A stretch of DNA of 64,000 bases, taken from assembly GCA_000092065.1 (NCBI GenBank), contig CP000595.1. One strand, given 5' to 3'. The stretch comes from Ostreococcus lucimarinus. Taxonomy: Eukaryota. Each line of letters begins with the position of its first letter. Within the stretch, counting starts at the first letter, position 1. Positions 49,081-57,482 of this stretch are shown here, piece by piece. Below the pieces are notes generated by a model. The model was not told the DNA's origin. It was given only the letters and a program-made list of their open reading frames with translations, and searched no databases. The translations under genes were made by a program, and so were the position numbers.

Positions 49081-49091
49081 TTAGGGTTTAG
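49077..49091. promoter_or_regulatory. Interstitial telomere-like repeat GGGTTTAGGGTTTAG (two TTTAGGG units, contains telo-box TTAGGGTTT)
   Basis: Immediately follows the tandem duplication. About 90 bp upstream of the SEL1L ATG and about 200 bp from the GATA-ZnF ATG. Confidence 0.5.
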
Positions 49092-49183
49092 AAGATGCCG
49101 CCGACGCGCGACCGCGGCGACGCCGACCGTCGCGCGCATCGCGACGCGCGACGCGCGACGATCGCGCCGTCGCGCGACGCGCG

Positions 49184-51385
49184 ATGGCGCGGGCGTCGAC
49201 GCGCGACGCGCGCGACGCGCGCGACGCGCGACGGCGCGACGGCGCGGTGCGTCGACGCGGGAGACGCGCGGTGACGGCGATGACGACGCTCGCGATGATG
49301 ACGCTCGCGGTGACGCGCGCGCGCGCGGACGGCGCGACGACGACGACGACGACGACGACGACGGATCGCGCGAGTCGCGAGAGCGCGATGGGCGACGCGG
49401 GAGGGCCGAGGGATGGGATTCCGCACCCGGCGGCGGCGGCGGCGCGCGAACGCGAACGCGAACGCGAGGACGAGGACGCGGCGCGGACGACGGGCGCGAA
49501 AACATCGCGAGTGGACGACGAACGGAAAAAGTACGTCGATGATTTGCTCGAGGAGGAGTCGGTGGACGATCGAAGGCGGGCGCGGTCGGCGAGCGCGTCG
49601 AGGGCGTCGAGGGCGCGAGCGAGACGCGCGGCGGCGGAGTGGATCGAGGCGTACGTCGAGGGCACGGCGACGAGAGACGCGAGCGGGTGGGACGACGGCG
49701 AGGCGTGGTTCGCGCTCGGGCACGCGCGCAGGTACGGGTTGATCGAGGGACGGGAGATGGACGAGGGGGGGGCGATGGAGTGCTTGCGGCGCGCGGCGGA
49801 GCTGGGGGACGCGGCGGCGCACGACGAGTTGGGGTTCACGTACGCGAGTGGATGGGACGGCACGCCGCGCGATGGCGCGAAGAGCGTGCTGCACTATTAC
49901 TTCGCCGCGAACGCGGGGAGCGTGCGAGCGATGATGGCGCTGGGGTATCGACACAAGCACGGCATCGACGTTCCCGAGTCGTGCGAGACGGCGGTGTTGT
50001 ACTATCACGAGGCGGCGAAAATCGTCGTGGAAGAGGCGGCCAAACGCACGCCGGGGGTGCTGCCGTTTCAGATTGAAAAACACCGTCTCAGCGCGGAGAT
50101 GAGCGGGAGTAATCTCGCGGCGAGGCGCGAGCGGGATTTGGTGCAGTATTATCGTTACAGCGCCGACATGGGCAACGTGGACGCGCAGGTGACGATGGGT
50201 CGGTTGTACTCGCTCGGCGCCCGCGGGTTGCGCAAAGACGTCGGCGCCGCGCGTAAATACTTGACGGACGCCGCGAACGCGGGAGACGCGACGGCGATGG
50301 CAAATTTAGGAAACATGTACGCCAACGGGTTCGGCGTCGACGTCGACAACGCCACGGCGTTGCACTGGTTTCGCAAGGCGGCGAAGAAAGGCAACGCCAT
50401 GGGGCGGTACGGGCTCGGGTACATGACGCTCGCCGGTCACGGCGTGGCTCAAGATCACGCGTTGGCGGTGCAGTACCTGAACCAAGCCGCTGAGCAAGGG
50501 CTTTCCGACGCGCGATACTTTCTCGGCGTCTTGCACTTGCGAGGCATCGGCGTCAAGCAAGATTTCACAAAGGCGTATCATCACTTCAACATCGCTTCGC
50601 ACGTCGGGCACGAGGTTGCGACGTATAATTTGGCGATGATGCAGTTGAACGGCATGGGGTTTCCGTCGTCGTGCGCGTCCGCGAGCGCGTTACTGAAACA
50701 ACTCGCCGAACGAGGACACTGGGCGACGCCGATGGAGCACGCGTACGCGGCGTACATGCGTCGTGACTACCGCGGCGCGCTCTTGCGTTACATGAAAATG
50801 GCAGAGATGGGAATCGAGATCGCTCAAGCCAACGCCGCGTTCTTGCTCGAACAAAGACTCGGTGACGAAGGTCGATTCCGCGAGGACACTCAGGTGAACC
50901 CAGAGGCGCCGAGCACGGCGACGCGCGCGCTCCACTACCATCGACTCGCGGCGACGCAAGGTAACGTCAAGTCGCTTCTTCGCATCGGTGACGCGTATTA
51001 CTGCGGCAAAGGCGCGAACGTCTCGCTCACGAAATCTATCGCCGCCTATCGCCAAGCGAGCGAACAGAGAAATCCGCACGCGATGTTCAATCTCGCGCAC
51101 ATGCACGAGCACGGCATCGGCATGCAAAAAGACTTGCACCTCGCCAAGCGTTACTACGACATGATCCTCAACAACGCCCCAGACGCCACCATCATCGTGC
51201 ACCTGGCCCTCAAAAAGCTCGTGCTCCATCAGTGGATCATCGACAACAAGGACACCATCTTGCGCGTCGCCAAAGAAATCCACGCGAGTCCGACGGCGCA
51301 ATTCGTCGACTTCGTCGTCGTCGTCGGCGCCGCGGCGTTGCTTTGTTTCGTCCTTCTCCTTCGCGTCGGACTCGCTCGCGGGTGA
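49184..51385 (+). CDS. SEL1L/Hrd3-like Sel1-repeat protein (ERAD component) with C-terminal TM anchor
   Basis: More than 10 Sel1 repeats (AMANLGNMYANGFGVDVDNATALHWFRKAAKKGNAMGRYGLGYMTLAGHGVAQDHALAVQYLNQAAEQG...). C-terminal TM FVDFVVVVGAAALLCFVLLL. Signal-peptide-like MTTLAMMTLAVTRARA near the N-terminus. Confidence 0.7.
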   Translation: MARASTRDARDARDARRRDGAVRRRGRRAVTAMTTLAMMTLAVTRARADGATTTTTTTTTDRASRESAMGDAGGPRDGIPHPAAAAAREREREREDEDAARTTGAKTSRVDDERKKYVDDLLEEESVDDRRRARSASASRASRARARRAAAEWIEAYVEGTATRDASGWDDGEAWFALGHARRYGLIEGREMDEGGAMECLRRAAELGDAAAHDELGFTYASGWDGTPRDGAKSVLHYYFAANAGSVRAMMALGYRHKHGIDVPESCETAVLYYHEAAKIVVEEAAKRTPGVLPFQIEKHRLSAEMSGSNLAARRERDLVQYYRYSADMGNVDAQVTMGRLYSLGARGLRKDVGAARKYLTDAANAGDATAMANLGNMYANGFGVDVDNATALHWFRKAAKKGNAMGRYGLGYMTLAGHGVAQDHALAVQYLNQAAEQGLSDARYFLGVLHLRGIGVKQDFTKAYHHFNIASHVGHEVATYNLAMMQLNGMGFPSSCASASALLKQLAERGHWATPMEHAYAAYMRRDYRGALLRYMKMAEMGIEIAQANAAFLLEQRLGDEGRFREDTQVNPEAPSTATRALHYHRLAATQGNVKSLLRIGDAYYCGKGANVSLTKSIAAYRQASEQRNPHAMFNLAHMHEHGIGMQKDLHLAKRYYDMILNNAPDATIIVHLALKKLVLHQWIIDNKDTILRVAKEIHASPTAQFVDFVVVVGAAALLCFVLLLRVGLARG

Positions 51386-51431
51386 AAACGACCGTCGCTC
51401 GCTTTGTAAACCATTCGTACGACTAGCCATT

Positions 51432-51470
51432 CCGCCTTCGCCTCGCCTTCGCCTTCGCCTTCGCCGTTCG
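51432..51470. repeat. (CGCCTT)n hexamer repeat in the SEL1L 3' region
   Basis: ccgccttcgcctcgccttcgccttcgccttcgcc. Confidence 0.7.
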
Positions 51471-51531
51471 CGCCGTCCCCACACCGAGTCGCGACCGATC
51501 GCGCGCGCGCTCGTCCGCGGCCGATCGTTCG

Positions 51532-51750
51532 ATGTCCGCGCTCTTCGACTTCAAGTCCTTCCTCACCACGCTCCTGCTCTTCATCTGCGCGTGCACGTAC
51601 GTCAAACTTCGCGCGCCCGGGTTGTTGGATTCTCACCGCACCGGGTTTCGAGGTGTTTTCTGGAAAGCCGCGCGCGTGGGCGAGCGTCTATCGCCGTGGG
51701 TCAGCGTCGCGTGCGCGTACATGTCAGTGCAAACGCTGTTCGGGTGGTAG
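51532..51750 (+). CDS. TMEM167: Protein kish (TMEM167), 72 aa
   Basis: MSALFDFKSFLTTLLLFICACTYVKLRAPGLLDSHRTGFRGVFWKAARVGERLSPWVSVACAYMSV matches human TMEM167A ([61 protein letters not shown]) almost residue for residue. Confidence 0.8.
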   Translation: MSALFDFKSFLTTLLLFICACTYVKLRAPGLLDSHRTGFRGVFWKAARVGERLSPWVSVACAYMSVQTLFGW

Positions 51751-51849
51751 TCGTCGAGAGAGGCGGCGCTGAGGCACGCGGGACGGTTGAGCGGGGACGA
51801 GCGGGACGGACGAGCGCGCGCGGAACGACGCGCGGCGAGGCGAAGGACG

Positions 51850-54800
51850 ATGAGCGCCAAGGCGAGCTTGATGAAGACGCTCAAGGCGGCGAACGAGGCG
51901 TTGAAAGCCGGGGACGCCGCGAGCGCGCGAGGTTTGGCGAAGGAGGCGATCGAGGCGGACGGGGACGCGTACGAAGCGTGGGTCATGGATGGAAAGGCGG
52001 CGAACGCGCTCGGGGCGCTCGATGACGCGGTGAAATCGTACGAGCGTGCGATTGAGATCAGAAGCGAGCATCCAGCGGCGTATCAAGGGTTGAATGAGAC
52101 GTTCGCGGCGAAAGGTGATGTCGTGGGGCGGTTGCGCGCGTTGCGAGCGCTCGTCGACGCGCATCGAGCGAGCGGGAAGGTGGACAAACTCGTCGAGTTT
52201 TTGAAACAAGCGTGCGCGTGCGCGTGGGAAAACGCGCAATGGTCGCGCGTGATTGAGTTCTGCGGTGAGATGGGCGAGTTTCGCACGGGAGAGGTGGACG
52301 AAGTGACGCGCGTTGAGTCGGTCAAACGCGCGTGCGACGGCGCGTTGGCTTTGCGCGACGCGCGCGCCGCCGAGGCGGGAGAGGCGGCGGTGCAAATGCT
52401 TCGTTCGAAGACTATTGCGAGTAAGGCTGAAGAAGAAGCTGTGCGCAAGTTGGGTGCGCGAGCGTCGCACGCCGTGGACGACGAAGACTTGGCGACGACC
52501 CTGCGAGCTTGGCTGAGCGAAGACGTCGCCAACGCGTCGTACGATTCACGGACGCACGCCGCGGAATTGGATCGACTCGACGCCCGTCTGGCTGCTGCGC
52601 TTTCGGGATCGGTCGACTGCGACTTCGATGTCAGAGCGTGCGCACGTGAGGCGCTGACTGAGGCTACTGTACTCATCGATCGATGGGGCGAAGTCGTCAT
52701 TGATCTCGTCGAGCCGCTGTGCGTGGAAATCGTCGCCGCGCTCGAACTCGGTTTAGATTGCGAAGAAGAGGGATGGGATGATAACGAGGTCGAGGATGAA
52801 GATGAGGCGAAAGTCATACGTTTGCTCGAGCGCGTGCTCGCTTTACGGGCGAACACGATCGCGTCAGGCTGGCTCGCGCTCAGGGACTCGCGTCGAAGCG
52901 GCGCATTTACGCATTCATGCCGTCCCGCGACTCCTCCTCGAGAAGACGCCAGAGGTTTGCTGACGCCGGAGCTTCGGGACGAAATTGTAACCACGCTCAA
53001 TCGCGATGACGAGTCGAAAGTGAGCCATGCGTCCGCCGCAATCGGCTGGCTTGCGTTGGCGGAGTCCATGCTCGTCGGCGGCGAGCGTGCGGACGTGCAC
53101 GCGCTTCAGGCCGCGACCACGGCGATGAAAATCATGCGCGAAGACATCACAACAGATGCATTACCGAAAATGTCCCGACGGGTTTTGATGGTGCACGCTG
53201 AGGCTATGCTTCGCGTAGGGATGTTTCAAGAGGCGAGGGCTGCGTTTGTCGTGCTTGAAGGTCCGCGAGCGGCGCGAGGATTGGCGACGTACGCGTTCAA
53301 CGCGCACCCTCCCGATTACGAGCGCGCTTTGCAGTTACTCTCCGACGCCGCCGAGACTTACCCTAACGTGCGACGCGTGGGCGTTGAGCTCGGATGGCTC
53401 ATGACCATTGCTGGATCTTCAGAGCGTCGAGCCGAGGGGTTGGAGACGCTCGAGCGAGCGTGCGGCGTAAAGTCAGGTGAGCCGTTGTCGACGACGACGC
53501 CCGCTGATGCAAGTGCGCGACTCGGAATCGCTAGATGGCGCGCTCAAGTCTCAGCGGCGAAGGGGCCAGGGAGCGCGCACGAGGCGTTACTCATCGGCGC
53601 CGCGGGCGATTCGGCGCATCGCGCGGCGGCTTTCGCGCATCTCGGTCTTTCGTGCGGTGCAAGCGGCGATGACGCGCGCGCGCAAAAGTGTCACGCGCGT
53701 GCGCTGGCACTCGACGCTGCGGACCCGACATCTGGGCCTGTGGCGTTTACGAACGCGTTGGACGCGAACGACGACGCCAAGGCGACGTCCATTTGCCGCG
53801 CTGCGCTCGCCGTGGATTCGCGGTGCTCCTGGGCGGCGAACAGACTCGCGCCAATGTGCGCTCGTATCGGTGATCACAGCGGTGCCATTGGCGCCTTACA
53901 AGTAGTCTTGCGTGTTTCTCCTCGAAACGCCAGCGCCTGGGAAGCTTTAGGTGCGTCGTACAACAGTCTCGGTAGGCATTCCGCCGCGCTCAAAGCATTC
54001 GAGCGAGCGATGGAGTTGAGCGATGAAGCGGGCGAGGGAGTTCGCTCATACGCGGCTTCGCAAACAGGACACATTTATTTGGCGCTAGGATCCTCCGCAG
54101 ACGCTATTGAGGCTTACGACAAAGCACTAAGCGATGGCGTCGATCATTTAGCCGCCTTGTTTGGTTCGGCGAGCGCTCACTCGTATTACGCCAAAGGCGC
54201 GTTGCGCTGGGGCGCTCCGGGACGCGCCGCGGTATCACTAAAAGCCGCAACAAAAGCAGGGAAACGCGCGGTAGAAATCATGGGCGACGGCGCCACCGCA
54301 ACGGTTTGGAAGTTGCTAGGGGACATTCATCACCTCGCAGCGCAAGTCAATGATCCAGCGCTCGGGAAGGACTTCACATCCATGCTTGCCGCGCGAACGA
54401 CCGAAGCTCGCAGCGCGGTCGAGGCGTACGGAAAGGCATTGAACCTAAAACCCGACCGTCCCGGTCGATGGCGTGACGTCGTTGCTGCGCTGCGATTGCA
54501 AACCGAGATTCACAAACTTTCAGGCGACGTCGCAGCTGCGGAGGCGAGCGCGGCAAAGGCGTGGGAACGCGCCGCGGGCTACCTTCGAGTCGCCCCAGGC
54601 GACCCGTTCGCCTGGTTCGCCGCGGCAGCGATCGATGATCCTGCCGTAATTTCAGACGCTGTGCGCACTGAGCGAAAAATCACCGCTTTATCTCGCGCCG
54701 TCGCACTCAATCCCACGTTTGCTCAAGCGTGGTGCGCGCTGGGCCGTTTGTATCTATCATCGGGCGACGTCGGCGAGGCGACTTTATCGCTTGACAGCGC

Positions 54801-55911
54801 GCGTATCGCCGACCCAAGCAGTGGTGATGCGTGGACAGCGACTGCAGCTTTGCACATAGCCACTGGTAAATTAGCTGAAGGACGCGGCGCGTTCCGTATG
54901 GCGGCGGCGCTTGGCGCCGGCGCGGAGGCAGATTTGGGATGTGCGCTCACGGCGTGCGCTTCTGGGTTGACTTATGCCAAAGATGCTTACGCGGCTGCTC
55001 GTCGGGCGAGTGAAAGTTTACCCGTTGATTCTACAGCGGCGATCGCACTCGCCCTTTGCGCCGAATGCCGAGGGTTGTTTGAGGAAGCCGAAGATGCAGC
55101 GGCGCACGCAGTGGCGTCGCTCGAAAACGTCCCTGCGCTGGGCGGCGATCCAAACGTCATACGAACCGTCGCAGAAGAATGCCGCGCTCGAGTGTCGCAA
55201 AGACGGTTGGACGATTCCGACTCAACCGCATCCACGAGTGTTGATGGAGACTTTGAGAACACGCTTGAACGCGCCAAACTTTTGGTGCATGCGCGACCCG
55301 GAGATTTGAAGATGCAGGACGCTTTGACGCGCGTGGCGTCGTGCGCCCCAGATCACCAAACAGTCGTTTCGGCCCTCTCTGCATGCCCACCATCTTCACC
55401 AAACGGTGACTATCGCGTTCAATCTTCGCTCGCGCGCGCTGCGGCGGCGTGCGCCTTGAACGCGTCGACCGTTGTCGGCGACGCCGAGGGCTCGGCTCGA
55501 GCCAATCGATTCGTTGCGCGCGCGACGATGCTCGATCCATCCTCTACAGAGTCCCTCGAACTGCTCAACATCGTTCTCGATCGACGTAAGGGCATCGTTC
55601 GAGAAGCCACGCAATCGGAAGCACACGAGCTCCACGCCGCGCTCAAGTCTGCCTTGACGCAGAGCGCCGCCGGCGATTCAGCCTCCGCCGAAGCCGCCGC
55701 GCGCGCCGTCGTCAATCGCGAGCCCATCACCGACGCCGCGCAAGCCGCCGCTCGTCTCATCCTCGCTTCGTTTCTCATCGAACGCTCTCGACGCGACGGC
55801 GACGCCAAACCGGCGAAGGAGGCGATCAAGGTATTGGCGAAGATTCCATCCGAAGCCGGCGCTCGAGTCGCCGATCTCGCGGCGGCGCTGGCCGACGCCG
55901 TGTCGGGATGA
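51850..55911 (+). CDS. Ski3/TTC37-like TPR protein (SKI complex scaffold), 1353 aa
   Basis: The N-terminus is colinear with the TTC37 N-terminus (...[42 protein letters not shown]): MSAKASLMKTLKAANEALKAGDAASARGLAKEAIEADGDAYEAWVMDGKAANALGALDDAVKSYERAIEIRSEHPAAYQGL. TPR-like repeats run throughout. Real ATG at 51850. Confidence 0.5.
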   Translation: MSAKASLMKTLKAANEALKAGDAASARGLAKEAIEADGDAYEAWVMDGKAANALGALDDAVKSYERAIEIRSEHPAAYQGLNETFAAKGDVVGRLRALRALVDAHRASGKVDKLVEFLKQACACAWENAQWSRVIEFCGEMGEFRTGEVDEVTRVESVKRACDGALALRDARAAEAGEAAVQMLRSKTIASKAEEEAVRKLGARASHAVDDEDLATTLRAWLSEDVANASYDSRTHAAELDRLDARLAAALSGSVDCDFDVRACAREALTEATVLIDRWGEVVIDLVEPLCVEIVAALELGLDCEEEGWDDNEVEDEDEAKVIRLLERVLALRANTIASGWLALRDSRRSGAFTHSCRPATPPREDARGLLTPELRDEIVTTLNRDDESKVSHASAAIGWLALAESMLVGGERADVHALQAATTAMKIMREDITTDALPKMSRRVLMVHAEAMLRVGMFQEARAAFVVLEGPRAARGLATYAFNAHPPDYERALQLLSDAAETYPNVRRVGVELGWLMTIAGSSERRAEGLETLERACGVKSGEPLSTTTPADASARLGIARWRAQVSAAKGPGSAHEALLIGAAGDSAHRAAAFAHLGLSCGASGDDARAQKCHARALALDAADPTSGPVAFTNALDANDDAKATSICRAALAVDSRCSWAANRLAPMCARIGDHSGAIGALQVVLRVSPRNASAWEALGASYNSLGRHSAALKAFERAMELSDEAGEGVRSYAASQTGHIYLALGSSADAIEAYDKALSDGVDHLAALFGSASAHSYYAKGALRWGAPGRAAVSLKAATKAGKRAVEIMGDGATATVWKLLGDIHHLAAQVNDPALGKDFTSMLAARTTEARSAVEAYGKALNLKPDRPGRWRDVVAALRLQTEIHKLSGDVAAAEASAAKAWERAAGYLRVAPGDPFAWFAAAAIDDPAVISDAVRTERKITALSRAVALNPTFAQAWCALGRLYLSSGDVGEATLSLDSARIADPSSGDAWTATAALHIATGKLAEGRGAFRMAAALGAGAEADLGCALTACASGLTYAKDAYAAARRASESLPVDSTAAIALALCAECRGLFEEAEDAAAHAVASLENVPALGGDPNVIRTVAEECRARVSQRRLDDSDSTASTSVDGDFENTLERAKLLVHARPGDLKMQDALTRVASCAPDHQTVVSALSACPPSSPNGDYRVQSSLARAAAACALNASTVVGDAEGSARANRFVARATMLDPSSTESLELLNIVLDRRKGIVREATQSEAHELHAALKSALTQSAAGDSASAEAAARAVVNREPITDAAQAAARLILASFLIERSRRDGDAKPAKEAIKVLAKIPSEAGARVADLAAALADAVSG

Positions 55912-55951
55912 TGCTGCGTCACCGTCGCACTTCCGCGCGCGCGTTCGTCAG

Positions 55952-57172
55952 ATGTCGAGAACGACGCACGTATGTCTCGCGCTCTCACCGCTCGCGGTGC
56001 GATCGCACGGTCGACACCGCGTGCCGACGGTGCATACCGCGCGCTCGCGCGTCGGGACGCCGCGGCTTTGGCTTCGGGACGCGCGACGTCTCGCCTCGCT
56101 CGCATCGCGCGATGAAGACGACGTCGTTCTCATTGAGTCACAGAACGTGAATGATGAACGTGACGAGAGCGCCGCGCGCGTCGCGGCGACGCCGGTACCG
56201 CCGCGGTGGGATGTCGCCGTCAACGCGGAGACGCTCAAAGAAATCGTAAACTTTGGCTTTGAGCGATTTGGATTTGAAGATGACTCGGATGCGTTGAACG
56301 CTTTGGCGCGGGCGTTGAACTCCAACTGCGACCGCGGTTTAGAAACGATGGGTGACGTGGAAACGAACCGACGCGTATGGGGCGCGAACACGACGCGACC
56401 ATACCCGACAAAGTCGATTTGGGATTTTGCGTTCGAGGCGCTCGAGGACGTCACGTTGCGCGTACTCGTAATCAGCGGTGCGTTGTCGCTCGTGTTGGAA
56501 ACGTCCATCGGGGGCGATGATTCAGAGTATAGTTGGGCGAATGGAGCTGCGATACTTCTCGCGGTGTGCATCATCGTCGTCGTGGAGTGCGTGAACAACA
56601 ACGAAAAACAGAGATCGTTTGTCAATCTCAACGCACGAAGCGAACAGACAAACGTCGCGAGCATTTTACGCGGTGGGAATCGTGAGCTTTTGAGGAAGAG
56701 TGAAGTCGTCGTTGGAGACGTCGTGGAGCTGCAAGCGGGAGACGTTGCACCGTGTGATGGCTTAGTGATCGAGAGTGCGGCGTTTTTGGTCGATCAAAGT
56801 CACATTACCGGCGAGAGCGATGATATTGAAAAGAATCGTCAATCGATAATTTTCGCTGGAAGCAAAGTCACGTCTGGACGCGGATCGATCCTGTCGATCG
56901 GCGTCGGTGAGAATTCGTCTAGTGGACAAATTGCAGAGATGATCAATGTCGGTGCCGAAGAGTTCACGCCGCTGCAGTTGCAACTGCAGGCGCTTGCCGT
57001 CAAAATTGGTCGCTGGGGCATCAGCGCCGCATTGGTCGTCGGTTTCATTTTAAGCTTTACGCTCGTATTTGACGCAATTCAAGGGACTGGTCCGCCCATC
57101 GAGGCGCTCGGTTTGGATTTCTTGCATATCGTCATCATCGCCATCACCATCGTCGTCGTATCGGTGCCCGAG
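55952..57172 (+). CDS. Plasma-membrane-type (PMCA/ACA, P2B) Ca2+-transporting P-type ATPase, exon 1; the gene is join(55952..57172,57483..59438)
   Basis: N-terminal cytosolic domain and TM1-4, colinear with PMCA (…RVWGANTTRPYPTKSIWDFAFEALEDVTLRVLVISGALSLVLE…ITGESD…). Ends ...VVVSVPE|gtgcgtggg, inside the conserved PEGLPLAVT motif. Confidence 0.8.
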
Positions 57173-57221
57173 GTGCGTGGGAAAGCGTTTTTCTTTTTTT
57201 CGTGCTCGAGCGCCGGTGGTG

Positions 57222-57403
57222 TTCTGTGATGATTGAGTAAATTTCTCTGAATTCGTTGACGAAACTACTCTGTCTGCCGACTTCCCTCTGAGAACGCCAC
57301 CGAAAAGCTTTGAGCGCGCGACTTCCATTCATTTCTGTGATGATTGAGTAAAGTTCTCTGAATTCATTGACGAAACTACTCTGTCTGCCGACTTCCCTCT
57401 GAG
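57222..57403. repeat. Tandem duplication (2 x about 71 bp at 111-bp spacing) inside the Ca-ATPase intron; introner-like
   Basis: ttctgtgatgattgagtaaaTttctctgaattcGttgacgaaactactctgtctgccgacttccctctgag at 57222-57292 and again at 57333-57403 with two mismatches. Confidence 0.8.
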
Positions 57404-57482
57404 ATTTGAATGGTCGTGACGCGGATTGACTTTTTCACGCGCAACCTCGACTGACAATACCTCGTTTCCTTTCGCAACACAG

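Noticed and set aside
55908-56150. 80-aa ORF overlapping the Ca-ATPase 5' end in another frame, as a possible alternative N-terminus.
   Set aside because: No similarity to P-type ATPase N-termini. The in-frame ATG at 55952 gives a colinear PMCA N-domain.
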